This document shows positions 42,280 through 51,808 of a stretch of DNA of 57,812 nucleotides, piece after piece (the stretch's first letter is position 1; each line of letters opens with the position of its first letter). This DNA is from a virus: positions 1-57,812 of the IMG/VR virus record IMGVR_UViG_3300002143_000037, one strand, 5' to 3'. The notes under the pieces were generated by a model. The model was not told the DNA's origin, ran no database searches, and was given only the letters and a program-made list of their open reading frames with translations. A program made the position numbers and the translations under genes.

Positions 42280-42700
42280 TGTGTTCTCCTAAATCAAATG
42301 CTACAAGGTAGAGCATACAACAAATAGCGTGAGCAAGGTGATGCTTACCAGTCTCTGGATCGTGTGTTTCACCACTAGCATAAGCAGTGAAGTGACGAAA
42401 GCCTGCGTCAGTATAACGACGACGAGCATCAGGAACCTTCTTCCAATTGTCTGGAGCATACTTCTTTGCACCATACGTCAACACTTCAACGACCTGAGTC
42501 AATGCTCTGAAGGGCAGCAAAGACCATTGAGGTTTACCGTTGTCATACTTGACACCAGTTTTTGTAATTGGTTCATCGCTGATGTTGAGTAAGAAGTCTC
42601 TGGACACCCACTTATTATAATCTTTACAGCCGTAGCATAATGGGTTTGGTCCATCCAATACTTGCCCAGCATTAAAACAGGTCTTACATTCTTTTATCAT
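42254..42700 (-). CDS. dATP/dGTP diphosphohydrolase N-terminal-domain-like (DUF5664-type) protein with N-terminal zinc ribbon
   Basis: KYDNGKPQWSLLPFRALTQVVEVLTYGAKKYAPDNWKKV...RHFTAY..GETHDPETGKHHLAHAICCMLYL matches that family as I remember it. The N-terminus carries CKTC...CYGC. Confidence 0.6.
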   Translation of the reverse strand: MIKECKTCFNAGQVLDGPNPLCYGCKDYNKWVSRDFLLNISDEPITKTGVKYDNGKPQWSLLPFRALTQVVEVLTYGAKKYAPDNWKKVPDARRRYTDAGFRHFTAYASGETHDPETGKHHLAHAICCMLYLVAFDLGEHNDKSNSDI

Positions 42701-43011
42701 TGCATACCCCCTTCACAGTCAGTATCTTTGGTAAGTATCGGTACAAGGCTACCACTAACAATAACATTACCAGCGAGTTGCTCAGCTTTATCACACAGTA
42801 GTTCAGTAAACTTCTCACTCTCTTCCATCAAAGGAACAGCAGCAGCAAGGTAGCTGGCAACAGTGAGGAGACTTCGCATGTGGTCGTCGTCGAGGTCAAC
42901 AGGACCAGCAACACAAACCAACAACTGAAAGCTACCATCCCATTCAACGTTGTCTTCAACGATAGGACGCAACACTATAGCTACGTCATTCTTTTGGAGG
43001 GGGGAATCCAT
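42697..43011 (-). CDS. hypothetical protein (104 aa)
   Basis: An ORF in the operon with no motif. Confidence 0.5.
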   Translation of the reverse strand: MDSPLQKNDVAIVLRPIVEDNVEWDGSFQLLVCVAGPVDLDDDHMRSLLTVASYLAAAVPLMEESEKFTELLCDKAEQLAGNVIVSGSLVPILTKDTDCEGGMQ

Positions 43012-43682
43012 GTTTGTCCTTCATGTCTACGTAAGAAAAGTAGATGGGCGTTCTCAACAACCCTATCCTCGTTATCATCATAGGCTTCAACGCATCGAAT
43101 GAACATCTCTGTTTCATCCTCTGCACCTTCTAACATCTTCTTAGCCTTGACATTACCAATGCCACGAAGTCCTATGATGTTGTCGGCAGTATCGCCTGTC
43201 AAGATTTGCATGTACAACCTGAGCAACCCTTCGTCTTCAGTGACGTAGTATGCTTCTTTCTTGATGAAGTTGTAATGCCATCCTGCCACTTGATCTAAGT
43301 CTTTGTCCAACGAAACAATGACCCCATCGTCACCAAGCGTTGTAGCTTCAATGGCAATGGAGTCATCAGCTTCTTGACCTTCAGACATGTCAGCCTTCCA
43401 CTCCTGCATCAGATGACTACGTAGTGCTGCCAAATGTTTAGGCTTCACCTTGTCTGCTCTGTTGCCTTTGTAGGGGGCTGTGACGGCTATGTCGTTCCTG
43501 AAGTTGCCCTTGCCTGTAAGGAAGAGCTTCCATGAATCAACATACCCACACTTATCTACACCACACATGAGAGTGTTGATGATGAGAGAGTCTACAGACC
43601 GCTTAGCCTGTAGCTCATCCTCATTCTCACATGCTGCTGCGGCTCGGTATGCGTAGATGTCCGAGTCCAGAAGCGCCTTCAT
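42981..43682 (-). CDS. 5'-3' exonuclease / flap endonuclease (FEN, PIN-like + H3TH)
   Basis: Acidic clusters DSDIYAY, EADDSIA and SLDKDLDQV, plus the H3TH motif LTGDTADNIIGLRGIGNVKAKKML. Confidence 0.85.
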   Translation of the reverse strand: MKALLDSDIYAYRAAAACENEDELQAKRSVDSLIINTLMCGVDKCGYVDSWKLFLTGKGNFRNDIAVTAPYKGNRADKVKPKHLAALRSHLMQEWKADMSEGQEADDSIAIEATTLGDDGVIVSLDKDLDQVAGWHYNFIKKEAYYVTEDEGLLRLYMQILTGDTADNIIGLRGIGNVKAKKMLEGAEDETEMFIRCVEAYDDNEDRVVENAHLLFLRRHEGQTWIPPSKRMT

Positions 43683-43864
43683 TAGTCACTCAGACCAGCA
43701 GCAACTTCTTCAATTTCTTCTGGAGCCTGTCCAGCCTGCACTTGTGGTGTAGCCTGCTGAGTGATGATGTCAATGTGTGCCTTGGCAAACTCATAAGGCA
43801 GCTTGGACAACGCTGTGAGGCAAGCGTTAACGGTATCGATATGGAGGTCAAGTTTAATTTGCAT
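43682..43864 (-). CDS. hypothetical protein (60 aa)
   Basis: ATGA-type coupling to the FEN gene. Confidence 0.5.
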   Translation of the reverse strand: MQIKLDLHIDTVNACLTALSKLPYEFAKAHIDIITQQATPQVQAGQAPEEIEEVAAGLSD

Positions 43865-43881
43865 TTTAGTTTCCTTTAATA

Positions 43882-44295
43882 TTACAGAACGTCTTCATCA
43901 TCAGCAGAAATGTTACCACCAGCACCAGCGAAGGCTACCAAGTCAGTGATGACCAGCTTAGCCAATGAAGGGCTGACACCTTTCTTGTTCTTGTACGTCC
44001 ATGCGTAGCTACCAATCATACAGATTGCTTTGCTACCGTTACCAACGTCTTCACCAATCTCATCATTGTCAGAATCAAAAGCTTTGATGGGACGCTGACT
44101 CTTGCAGGTGATGTACTTACCCTGCTCAGGCTTCTTCTCAAGGTTCTCTTGCACAGAGATGCCCATGTCTTCCAGTGCAGCAACTGCTTTGTCAGACAAG
44201 TTACACAGATCAACTGTGTAGGCATCAGCCATTTCGTTCTTACGATTCAATGAAGCCCAATATACATCGGCTTTCAGTTTCAACTTATCACTCAT
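43882..44295 (-). CDS. ssDNA-binding protein candidate (T7 gp2.5-like logic)
   Basis: 137 aa, located between polymerase and exonuclease. The acidic C-terminal tail is ADDEDVL. The assignment rests on position and tail only. Confidence 0.45.
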   Translation of the reverse strand: MSDKLKLKADVYWASLNRKNEMADAYTVDLCNLSDKAVAALEDMGISVQENLEKKPEQGKYITCKSQRPIKAFDSDNDEIGEDVGNGSKAICMIGSYAWTYKNKKGVSPSLAKLVITDLVAFAGAGGNISADDEDVL

Positions 44296-44368
44296 TTGAG
44301 TTTCCTTTGATTTTAATGCTGACCAATTTAACAGGGGTCAGCTTCCTGCATTCTTCAGGTCGCTAGAC

Positions 44369-46438
44369 CTATTGTATCACCAGCTTTGCAGCAGCGTCAA
44401 TGTAGTATTGGTAGTCAACGTCTTTCCATGTGAAGTCGTTGATGTCGTTGCATGTCCACATACCGTAGCCTTCACCAATCGATATGCGTCTAGGTTCAGC
44501 CTCGTCCTTCAGCGGCGGCATCACTTTGATGAGAGCACCACCAGCATTGCAGGCATAGAACCTACACATGTTCTGTTGCTGCACCTCAGTGTTATCACCC
44601 ATCACCATAACAAGCTTGCTACTGCGGGGCACTTTCACCCTGAGCATGAAGTCATACTTGTTCTTGTGACCTTTGATGTATACGTCGAGGGGTATGCCGT
44701 GCAGCATTGCAGCTTCAGCAGCCTTCGGTATGACAAGCCCACCCTGATCTTGATGCCAACCAAGTCCTTCGTGTTGATACGCACCCTTGCGCTTCACCTT
44801 ACCATCTGTATACACAGCAATGTAGTTGTTCACATCACGAATAATCATCTTGGAATACTCAGCATACTCAAGCTGCAAACCAACTTGCTTCTGCCATGCG
44901 TCACAGATGTTGTCGTACTCGTCACGCTTGTCACGTGGCATCTTTACAGTGATACCGTCAGTGTTGACCTGCACAATCGACAAGCCTTCAATGTCCATCA
45001 GCTTCTCAGCCAACAGGCACAGACTAAGTTGTCCATTGATGGTGATCGTCATCGTGTACTGAGGGTCATAGAAGGGGCTGTACTTGTTATTGCTATCACC
45101 GTACACACCGTTCAACGCAAGCTTCAGCATGGCGTTCTCAGCGCTGCCCTTGGGGTAGCTCTTACGCTGCTCGTACACATCTTGGTAGATGTCACAGAAC
45201 TTCTCGGACAAATGCTCAGGGAACACACGATTGGCAATGGCAATGTTGGGATACATGGACGCAACGTCAGCGTCGATGACCATGTACTTGTCGTCTTCAC
45301 TGACAATGGTGCTCTCAACAGACCCGTGAATACCACCAGTGCCGAAGTCGAAACGAAAGCCACCGATTGATACGTTCAAGTTGGTAGCAACTTTCCAGTT
45401 CTTCCAATAACTGTACTGCTTCTCACCCTTCTTCTTAGCCTTCAACTCTTCTTCCGATACCCAACCCAATGGATGCAAAGCTTTGAAGCCAGCAACAACA
45501 TCATCGCTTGGTTTGTTGAACCACTTCTGCCGCTTAGTAATCATCTCAGCATAGGCAGCTAAGTCACCGAGGTCGCCCTCTTCAATGTCAGACAACGCAC
45601 CCTTTGTTTCTGTCAAAGACTGTGCAGCAAACCATTCCAACACAAGCTGAAACTCAGGACGCTTGAAGTCGTAGTAGTTGAACAGGCAATCCTTGATGTG
45701 AATGACTGGTCGCTTTGTTTGATTGATGTGACGCTCACCCTTCTTACCAATGCGATAGCAACTCTGCGGCATGTTCTCCTCAAGCTTCATGATGAAGTAG
45801 TCTTTGCCAATCTTTGTATCGTTGTGGTTGAGGAAGTTGCGACCATACTTTGTAGACAACTCTTCACGGAATGTAATTTGTGACAAGCATTCTTTGTAGA
45901 ACAACAATGTCATCTTCACATCGTGCATATTGTATTTTAACAACACATCTATCTGGTCATCGGTCAAGTCAGAGTGAGGGTCGTAGGGCAGGTCAACAAT
46001 GCTGTCGGCTTTCATGTTGAACTCAAGCGCCTTCAACGATGTAGCCCTTGCAGGGTTGTCGAAGTGCATGATCTTGTACAGGTCAACCTGCTGCACATAC
46101 TGCGACTTGTCATGGATGATGTGACCAAACCTGTCGTCACTACCAATGATCGACTGTGCTTTCTTGTATACGCGTGTAGCTACAGCCTTACCTGACACAG
46201 TGAGTGCCTTGTCCGACACAGAGATGAGGTCATGCAACACAGGGTAATCAAAGCCTATGTTGTTGTACCCCACCATCCTATGCTTCTTACGCTTGAGTTC
46301 TCCAAGGAAGCTGAGTAGACCAGCAACCTCGTTCTTTCGGGGTGAGCATTCAAACGCAACAGCATGCGACTCATCAGCACTAATTGCTGAGAACGTGAAC
46401 GCTGTCTTGTAAGTCTCTATGTCCCATATGTAGTCCAT
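44369..46438 (-). CDS. family B DNA polymerase with 3'-5' exonuclease
   Basis: Exo I WDIETY, Exo II NNIGFDYPVL, Exo III YNMHDV. Pol motif A DADVASMYPNI, motif B KLALNGVYG, motif C VNTDGI. Confidence 0.92.
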   Translation of the reverse strand: MDYIWDIETYKTAFTFSAISADESHAVAFECSPRKNEVAGLLSFLGELKRKKHRMVGYNNIGFDYPVLHDLISVSDKALTVSGKAVATRVYKKAQSIIGSDDRFGHIIHDKSQYVQQVDLYKIMHFDNPARATSLKALEFNMKADSIVDLPYDPHSDLTDDQIDVLLKYNMHDVKMTLLFYKECLSQITFREELSTKYGRNFLNHNDTKIGKDYFIMKLEENMPQSCYRIGKKGERHINQTKRPVIHIKDCLFNYYDFKRPEFQLVLEWFAAQSLTETKGALSDIEEGDLGDLAAYAEMITKRQKWFNKPSDDVVAGFKALHPLGWVSEEELKAKKKGEKQYSYWKNWKVATNLNVSIGGFRFDFGTGGIHGSVESTIVSEDDKYMVIDADVASMYPNIAIANRVFPEHLSEKFCDIYQDVYEQRKSYPKGSAENAMLKLALNGVYGDSNNKYSPFYDPQYTMTITINGQLSLCLLAEKLMDIEGLSIVQVNTDGITVKMPRDKRDEYDNICDAWQKQVGLQLEYAEYSKMIIRDVNNYIAVYTDGKVKRKGAYQHEGLGWHQDQGGLVIPKAAEAAMLHGIPLDVYIKGHKNKYDFMLRVKVPRSSKLVMVMGDNTEVQQQNMCRFYACNAGGALIKVMPPLKDEAEPRRISIGEGYGMWTCNDINDFTWKDVDYQYYIDAAAKLVIQ

Positions 46439-46844
46439 CTTTCTTTTCCTTCTTTGGTGGTGGAAATAGCTTGTCTCTGTAGGCTCTCATCAACGAAGCG
46501 CTAACGTTCTGTATAGCATACGCCTGTATCTCATTACCGGGATTGTCTTCACAGATATACCTGAAGTATTCCTGCACCACATGTACCGACTCGTGTACTA
46601 ACAATGTTGCAACATCGATACCGTCTGCATCAGACTTCACAGGTATGCAGACCACTGTAACTCTGTTGCCCTTTGGTGTGGTGAAGTAGTGCGTGGTGGC
46701 TAGTGCGTCCTGCATCAGCCATCTATCCCAATCAGCAATTGGTATCTTCATATATCTCAATGTGCGATAGTAGTCTGCCTCGTCAATGCAGACAGCGAGG
46801 TGGTCACCTTCGATCAGTGTCTTGCTTAGCCATGCTGTCATCAT
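46380..46844 (-). CDS. HExxH zinc-metallopeptidase-like protein
   Basis: LLVHESVHVVQEY motif. AAGGA SD before ATG 46844, which I prefer to the listed 46913. The 3' end overlaps the polymerase start by 59 nt. Confidence 0.5.
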   Translation of the reverse strand: MMTAWLSKTLIEGDHLAVCIDEADYYRTLRYMKIPIADWDRWLMQDALATTHYFTTPKGNRVTVVCIPVKSDADGIDVATLLVHESVHVVQEYFRYICEDNPGNEIQAYAIQNVSASLMRAYRDKLFPPPKKEKKDGLHMGHRDLQDSVHVLSN

Positions 46845-46958
46845 CGTCCTTCTTTGGTTGTTCAGGTTGATCTCTACCGAAGATGGCATCCCATCTGTTG
46901 GCCCATTCTTCATTGGCTACAGAACGTGGTCGCTGTGTACTGCCTTTACCGCCGTCAC

Positions 46959-48572
46959 TCATAATACATCTCCTTCAGGTTCATCTTCAATCTCAAACAT
47001 TCTACCTGTCTCTTTGTTGTAGAGCAAGTTGCATGCTGGACCAGTCTCACCACTCCAACGATTCTTGAGCACACGCACACGGGTGGTGTTGCGTTCGATC
47101 TTGTCTTCAGCCTGACCATTACGTTCAAGACCAATGACCATGTCGCTAAGCTGTGCAATCGAAGCAGACCCCCTGAGTTGGGCAAGGGATGTCACTGCAC
47201 CTTCCTCATGCCCCTTATCGCTTGGTCGTTTCAAATGACTGACAAGTATCAGAGCAATGTTAGTTTCCTGAACAAGCATTCGCAGCTTGGTCATCACTTC
47301 ATCCAAAGCTTTACGCTCATCACCACTTTCCTGACTGGAAATAATAATCGATAAGTGGTCAAGGAAAACATATTGACACGACATGCCTTTGGCAAGGTAA
47401 CGTACACGGTTGACAATGTTTTCAATGCTCGTCGATCCGAAGTGGTCGAAGAGATAGATGCGACCAGTACCAAGCGTACTTTCAAACGCAGCTTTTCTAT
47501 CATCATCACTTATGACAGTTTCTGGTAGATGTAATGGTGCATTAGCAGCCATTGACATCATCGACAATGCTGTCTTACGGACGCTCTCTTCAAGAAACAT
47601 CATGCCCAAATTAGCATCGGTGTTCTTGATCAAGTGCCATGCTAGTTCTCGCAGCACCTGTGACTTACCTAAACCTGAGCCAGCAGTGACAGTAACCAGT
47701 TCTCCCTTACGGATACCACCACTCAAGTTGTTCAATCCACCCCAAGGGTAGAGACAATCAGCCTTCGCGACAGGTTCACTAACCATATCCCACAATGTGC
47801 TACCAGAGACAATACCATCTGGTACAAACTGCTCAGCCCTCCACCAACGGTCTACATACTGTGCTTCTTTGCTTTCGCTAAGCCAGTCACATGCATCTTT
47901 CAAGTCAGGCAAAGGCTTGAACAACTTGCACTTGTTGCCAAACAACTCAGCCACTTCCTTTGCTGCCTTGATACCGGGTTCATCACCATCGAAGTTGACA
48001 ACAATGGTTTCAAAGCTGTTGATGTATTCGTAGTTGGCTTTGCAATCTTTCAAGGCAGAGCCTGCACCGTTACGCACAGACACAACAGGCCACTTGCTAC
48101 CCGTCATTTGGAATGCAGCCAGTGCATCGAACTCACCCTCAGTGATGGTGATGTACTTGCCACCAGAGGGGTAGAGGTTCTGTCCAAACAATGTACCTGT
48201 CGTCCACTTACCTACAGTGGAGAACTTCTTATCTGCCACAGGTCTTACCTTGGCTGCAACAAGCTGACTGTCCTTGTCGTAGTAGGGGAAGTAGAAGTTG
48301 TTGCTCTCACGAACAACACCATACTTCTCCATCGTGCTCTTGGTGATACGGCGCTCACTCACTGAGACTGAGTTGCCGTTGTTGAAAGCTTTGACAAAGC
48401 TCATGTCTGCAATTGGTTCAATCACTTTTGTTTCCTTGATGATGGTGATGTTGTCAGTTGATGGTGTGTGTGTGTTGCAAACAAAGCAGTAGGTGGAGTA
48501 GTCGTCGTTGATGCTGGCCCCATCGCTGGAGCCGCAGTGTTCACAGCTTACATGGGTCTTTATAAACCCCAT
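46959..48572 (-). CDS. bifunctional primase-helicase (T7 gp4-like)
   Basis: Zinc ribbon CEHCGSS...CFVCN. TOPRIM motifs ITEGEFDALAA and NFDGDEPG. DnaB-type Walker A TAGSGLGKS and Walker B YVFLDHLS. Confidence 0.92.
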   Translation of the reverse strand: MGFIKTHVSCEHCGSSDGASINDDYSTYCFVCNTHTPSTDNITIIKETKVIEPIADMSFVKAFNNGNSVSVSERRITKSTMEKYGVVRESNNFYFPYYDKDSQLVAAKVRPVADKKFSTVGKWTTGTLFGQNLYPSGGKYITITEGEFDALAAFQMTGSKWPVVSVRNGAGSALKDCKANYEYINSFETIVVNFDGDEPGIKAAKEVAELFGNKCKLFKPLPDLKDACDWLSESKEAQYVDRWWRAEQFVPDGIVSGSTLWDMVSEPVAKADCLYPWGGLNNLSGGIRKGELVTVTAGSGLGKSQVLRELAWHLIKNTDANLGMMFLEESVRKTALSMMSMAANAPLHLPETVISDDDRKAAFESTLGTGRIYLFDHFGSTSIENIVNRVRYLAKGMSCQYVFLDHLSIIISSQESGDERKALDEVMTKLRMLVQETNIALILVSHLKRPSDKGHEEGAVTSLAQLRGSASIAQLSDMVIGLERNGQAEDKIERNTTRVRVLKNRWSGETGPACNLLYNKETGRMFEIEDEPEGDVL

Positions 48573-48617
48573 AATATTTCCTTTAGTTAATCTGAGAAGT
48601 AAACTACTCAGACTATT

Positions 48618-48908
48618 TCAATCACTGTCGATCAAGTTAGCAGCGACAAGCCAGTAGTTATGACTACCCTTAGCCGCTTCGTGCTGTATCTTCATCATGT
48701 TGATGATGCGATTACGCTCGGCTATGGCTGCATCGTCCATGCGCTTAAGCCAGATCTGAGCGTGGGTGGTGCTGTAGTCTTTACGAACTAGCTCAGCAAA
48801 GCGTTCGAGATATTTGTACTCGCTAAACTCAAACCGATGACCGTCATCACGAACCCCTGCAATCCGCGCCACACGAATGATGTCGTCTTTGTTCATACTC
48901 TTCCTCAT
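48618..48908 (-). CDS. hypothetical protein (96 aa)
   Basis: An ORF in the operon. Confidence 0.55.
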   Translation of the reverse strand: MRKSMNKDDIIRVARIAGVRDDGHRFEFSEYKYLERFAELVRKDYSTTHAQIWLKRMDDAAIAERNRIINMMKIQHEAAKGSHNYWLVAANLIDSD

Positions 48909-49054
48909 TTGATGTTAAGCCACAAACCAATCTGAGCAAACGCATAGCCTGTCCAGATCATGCCATTACTCAACTCACCCTTGCTCCATTGCAGCACACC
49001 AACGATGAGGTAGCCTATACCTGTAGAGGCAACGATGATTTGTTCAATGTTCAT
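48905..49054 (-). CDS. small two-TM membrane protein (49 aa)
   Basis: ATG 49054 lies 1 nt after the upstream stop. The longer listed ORF would overlap 49056..49526. Sequence MNIEQIIVASTGIGYLIVGVLQW...YAFAQIGLWLNIK. Confidence 0.4.
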   Translation of the reverse strand: MNIEQIIVASTGIGYLIVGVLQWSKGELSNGMIWTGYAFAQIGLWLNIK

Positions 49055-49055
49055 A

Positions 49056-49526
49056 TCAATCCCACAAATTCTGAAAGTATTTACCGAACAACACAAAGCC
49101 ACGTTGCTTACGTGCGTTGTAGGCATCCAAGCCTTCGTAGTCACACTTGATCTGTGCAACCTGCTCCATGATGTCAGCTTCTTCATCGACTTCACTGTGG
49201 TCATAGAACTTGCTATCGCCTGTGCCTTCAGCATGCTCTGTCATAGCCCAAATCATTTCATCAAGCACCCAATCCCAACGCAGGTGTAGGTTGGCATCAG
49301 TGTCCCATTCCTCAACAGGTGGTACTGACGTACTACGCAACTCTTCAGGTACATCCTCGTCATCCACCATACCTGAGCCATGCTTGGTTAGCTTCAGTTG
49401 TTGCAGCAGTGGTGCAGCAATGAGGGCGATGGTGTTGTCAGCATTGAACGAGTCGTACTTATCAATAAACACATCCTCCTGACGAGGGCTACCATCGTCT
49501 TGATAGTTTCCAATAAATACTTTCAT
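49056..49526 (-). CDS. hypothetical acidic protein (156 aa)
   Basis: An ORF in the operon, 1 nt after the previous gene. Confidence 0.6.
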   Translation of the reverse strand: MKVFIGNYQDDGSPRQEDVFIDKYDSFNADNTIALIAAPLLQQLKLTKHGSGMVDDEDVPEELRSTSVPPVEEWDTDANLHLRWDWVLDEMIWAMTEHAEGTGDSKFYDHSEVDEEADIMEQVAQIKCDYEGLDAYNARKQRGFVLFGKYFQNLWD

Positions 49527-49527
49527 A

Positions 49528-49782
49528 TCATTTCACTCCAGCTTTTGAATAAATGTTCATCAACTTACTACGGATGATGGCGTGTTCTCTTTCACGAGCG
49601 CTACCATAGATAGTTCCATAGTTGACATTGTCCTTACGCTTACGATCAACAACTTCTGTTGCCAACTGAGAGCCTGTCTTAGCAGACTGCTTAGCTTTGA
49701 AGGCTGGGTCGTCTGCGAAGATGGACGGTCGTGGGTCTTGTCGCCACAAGAATGGGCTGAGCGGATGGCAAGCGCAGGTCAT
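49528..49782 (-). CDS. hypothetical protein (84 aa)
   Basis: ATGA-type coupling to thyX. Confidence 0.5.
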   Translation of the reverse strand: MTCACHPLSPFLWRQDPRPSIFADDPAFKAKQSAKTGSQLATEVVDRKRKDNVNYGTIYGSAREREHAIIRSKLMNIYSKAGVK

Positions 49783-50420
49783 TGTTGTTCTCCAAAGAAA
49801 GCAGACACTGTTACAGGTGCAACACCACGCAACACAGCCAACACATCCTGTGCCACCAATCGATGTTCCTTCTGTGTAGATGGGTCGAGTCGTGCTTGCA
49901 AGAATGTAATCCAGCTACGCATAGTGCCGTTGACGTACAGCTTAGACGGTGTCAACCCTTCAGGCAATAAAGCACGTGCTTGTTCTTTGGCGATGCCACG
50001 ATTCAATGCTTCGCCGTACAAATACTCAGCCTCACCAATCATCCTAGCCTGTGCTGCTGCCCACCATACCGTCAAGTCAAAGTCATCTGTCTCTAAAGAG
50101 TTCTGTCGATTCTTATCGTCTTGCAAACGGCATTCACGAATAGCGAAGTCACCGAGTTGTGTAGCGTCAGCATATCTTTGAGAGAATTCTTGGAAGCTGA
50201 AGCTTCTGTGTCGCAAGAGTTGTCGTGCAATGTCACGGGTGGTAGTCACTTCGATGCAAGCACTAGCCATTTCAAACACAGACCAGTGATGATTCTTTGC
50301 ACAATATTTAAGCAGCCCTGCCACGTTGGGGTTGTCTTGGTTACCGGGGTTGCTGACACGGGCGCAATAGCCGATGTGTTTGTCAGCGTCTGGTGTTGCC
50401 CAAATAAGTTTTGCTGTCAT
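49779..50420 (-). CDS. thyX: FAD-dependent thymidylate synthase ThyX
   Basis: ThyX signature RHRSFSFQEFSQRY. 213 aa. Confidence 0.92.
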   Translation of the reverse strand: MTAKLIWATPDADKHIGYCARVSNPGNQDNPNVAGLLKYCAKNHHWSVFEMASACIEVTTTRDIARQLLRHRSFSFQEFSQRYADATQLGDFAIRECRLQDDKNRQNSLETDDFDLTVWWAAAQARMIGEAEYLYGEALNRGIAKEQARALLPEGLTPSKLYVNGTMRSWITFLQARLDPSTQKEHRLVAQDVLAVLRGVAPVTVSAFFGEQQ

Positions 50421-50429
50421 TGTAGTTCC

Positions 50430-51533
50430 TTAAAACATTGGTTGTAAATCTCTCATGTCCTGTGCCACTGTCGCACTCTTGAGTGTGTGACGAATGTATG
50501 GTGTCAGACTAGACGGTGTTGCATGCCCTGTCAACGACATGATGTTAGTGGTTGCTACGCCTGCCATCACCATCTCTGTCACAGCAGTGCGGCGCAGGTC
50601 CATAAGCTGCAGTTCAACAGGCAACTGAGCGTCTTCCATTATAGCTCTGCCAGCCTTGGCTAGTCCTTGCAAACTGTACGGCTGTAGTATGCCAGCAACA
50701 GTGCGTTGTGTAGGGAACACATACTTTTGCCAGCCCAACTCATCACGCTGCTGCTTCAACATTTGTTGCAGGTCTTGAGGCAGTGGGATAGAAACCTTAG
50801 CCCTGCGCTTGCTCTGGGTCAACGACAGCACACCTGTGTCAACATCATAGCTATCCCATGTGAGTAGACGCATGTCACCAAGACGCTGCGCTGCACAATA
50901 GGCTGTGTACACAATGAGTCCTAAGCTGCGTGTCTCGTAGTTGCTGAATGCCACAGACATGAAAGCTTTAATGTGTTCACGATCCCATGTCACACGCCTT
51001 GGCTTGCTTGTTTGCTTCTTCACAGCAGTGAACGGATTGAATGTACAGAACCCATTGCGAATGGCATAGCTAAACATCAGCCTGTACACAGCCAGCACAT
51101 GGTTGGCAAGACTAATGCTGTGCGATGCATGCAGGTCATAGATGCGTTGCATAGCTGGTGTTGTCAGGTCAGCAATTCTGCTGGCATACAGCGTAGTGTG
51201 TGTTGCTTTGTCACCTGCCCAACGCTTGAGGTAGTAGACGTAGTCTTCCTTGCTCTTCACTGACAGCTTGTTGTAGTCGATGGAGTTGGTGTAGCTCTTG
51301 ACAAGATCCAACACTGTGCTCTTGGTGGTGAGGTGCTTGAGGTAGCGATGTTCCTTGCGCCAGTTGTCCATCACATCGTTGTATGCAGATGCTTTGTTGA
51401 TGGCATCGACAAGGCTAGTGCCAAGGCTTTCACGCTTGACAACACCAGCTTCAACAGCATCAGCGGGTGGATTGTAGCGGTAGGACACTACACCGTTGCG
51501 GTCAACCACCACCATGTAACGTGCTAGGTTCAT
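50430..51533 (-). CDS. int: tyrosine recombinase / phage integrase
   Basis: Catalytic-domain contexts AAQRLGDMRLLTW (Arg I), LMDLRRTAVTEM (box II Arg), LTGHATPSSLTPYIRHT (His/Trp position and Tyr). The N-terminal SAM-like region is present. Confidence 0.85.
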   Translation of the reverse strand: MNLARYMVVVDRNGVVSYRYNPPADAVEAGVVKRESLGTSLVDAINKASAYNDVMDNWRKEHRYLKHLTTKSTVLDLVKSYTNSIDYNKLSVKSKEDYVYYLKRWAGDKATHTTLYASRIADLTTPAMQRIYDLHASHSISLANHVLAVYRLMFSYAIRNGFCTFNPFTAVKKQTSKPRRVTWDREHIKAFMSVAFSNYETRSLGLIVYTAYCAAQRLGDMRLLTWDSYDVDTGVLSLTQSKRRAKVSIPLPQDLQQMLKQQRDELGWQKYVFPTQRTVAGILQPYSLQGLAKAGRAIMEDAQLPVELQLMDLRRTAVTEMVMAGVATTNIMSLTGHATPSSLTPYIRHTLKSATVAQDMRDLQPMF

Positions 51534-51808
51534 GTGTTTTTACTCCGTAATTTGGCTTCAGCCCACCAAACAGCAGACTGAAAAGCCTGTTCAGTTACCC
51601 AAGACTCTTTGCAGCCTTGTTCTATCTCATCATCCGTCAGCCCAATCCATGTGCGCTGTGCTGCGGGTGCGGATGTGACCCCTTCGCGCATTGCTGCCTC
51701 ACGCTCAATCCGTGCAAACTCATCGTCTTCTTCACAAGTGCAGGTGTTGGCTGTGCCAATCGCCCATCGTTGTCCACAGTCATTACATTGTCCGTAAAAC
51801 ATGATCAT
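51530..51808 (-). CDS. hypothetical Cys-containing protein (92 aa)
   Basis: 4-nt overlap with the int start. N-terminal CNDCGQRW...CTC. Confidence 0.55.
   Translation of the reverse strand: MIMFYGQCNDCGQRWAIGTANTCTCEEDDEFARIEREAAMREGVTSAPAAQRTWIGLTDDEIEQGCKESWVTEQAFQSAVWWAEAKLRSKNT

Noticed and set aside
44372-45370. 332-aa ORF antisense to the DNA polymerase gene
   Set aside because: The opposite strand carries all the family-B polymerase motifs. The antisense product has no motifs and is Val/His/Leu-rich, so it is a shadow ORF.
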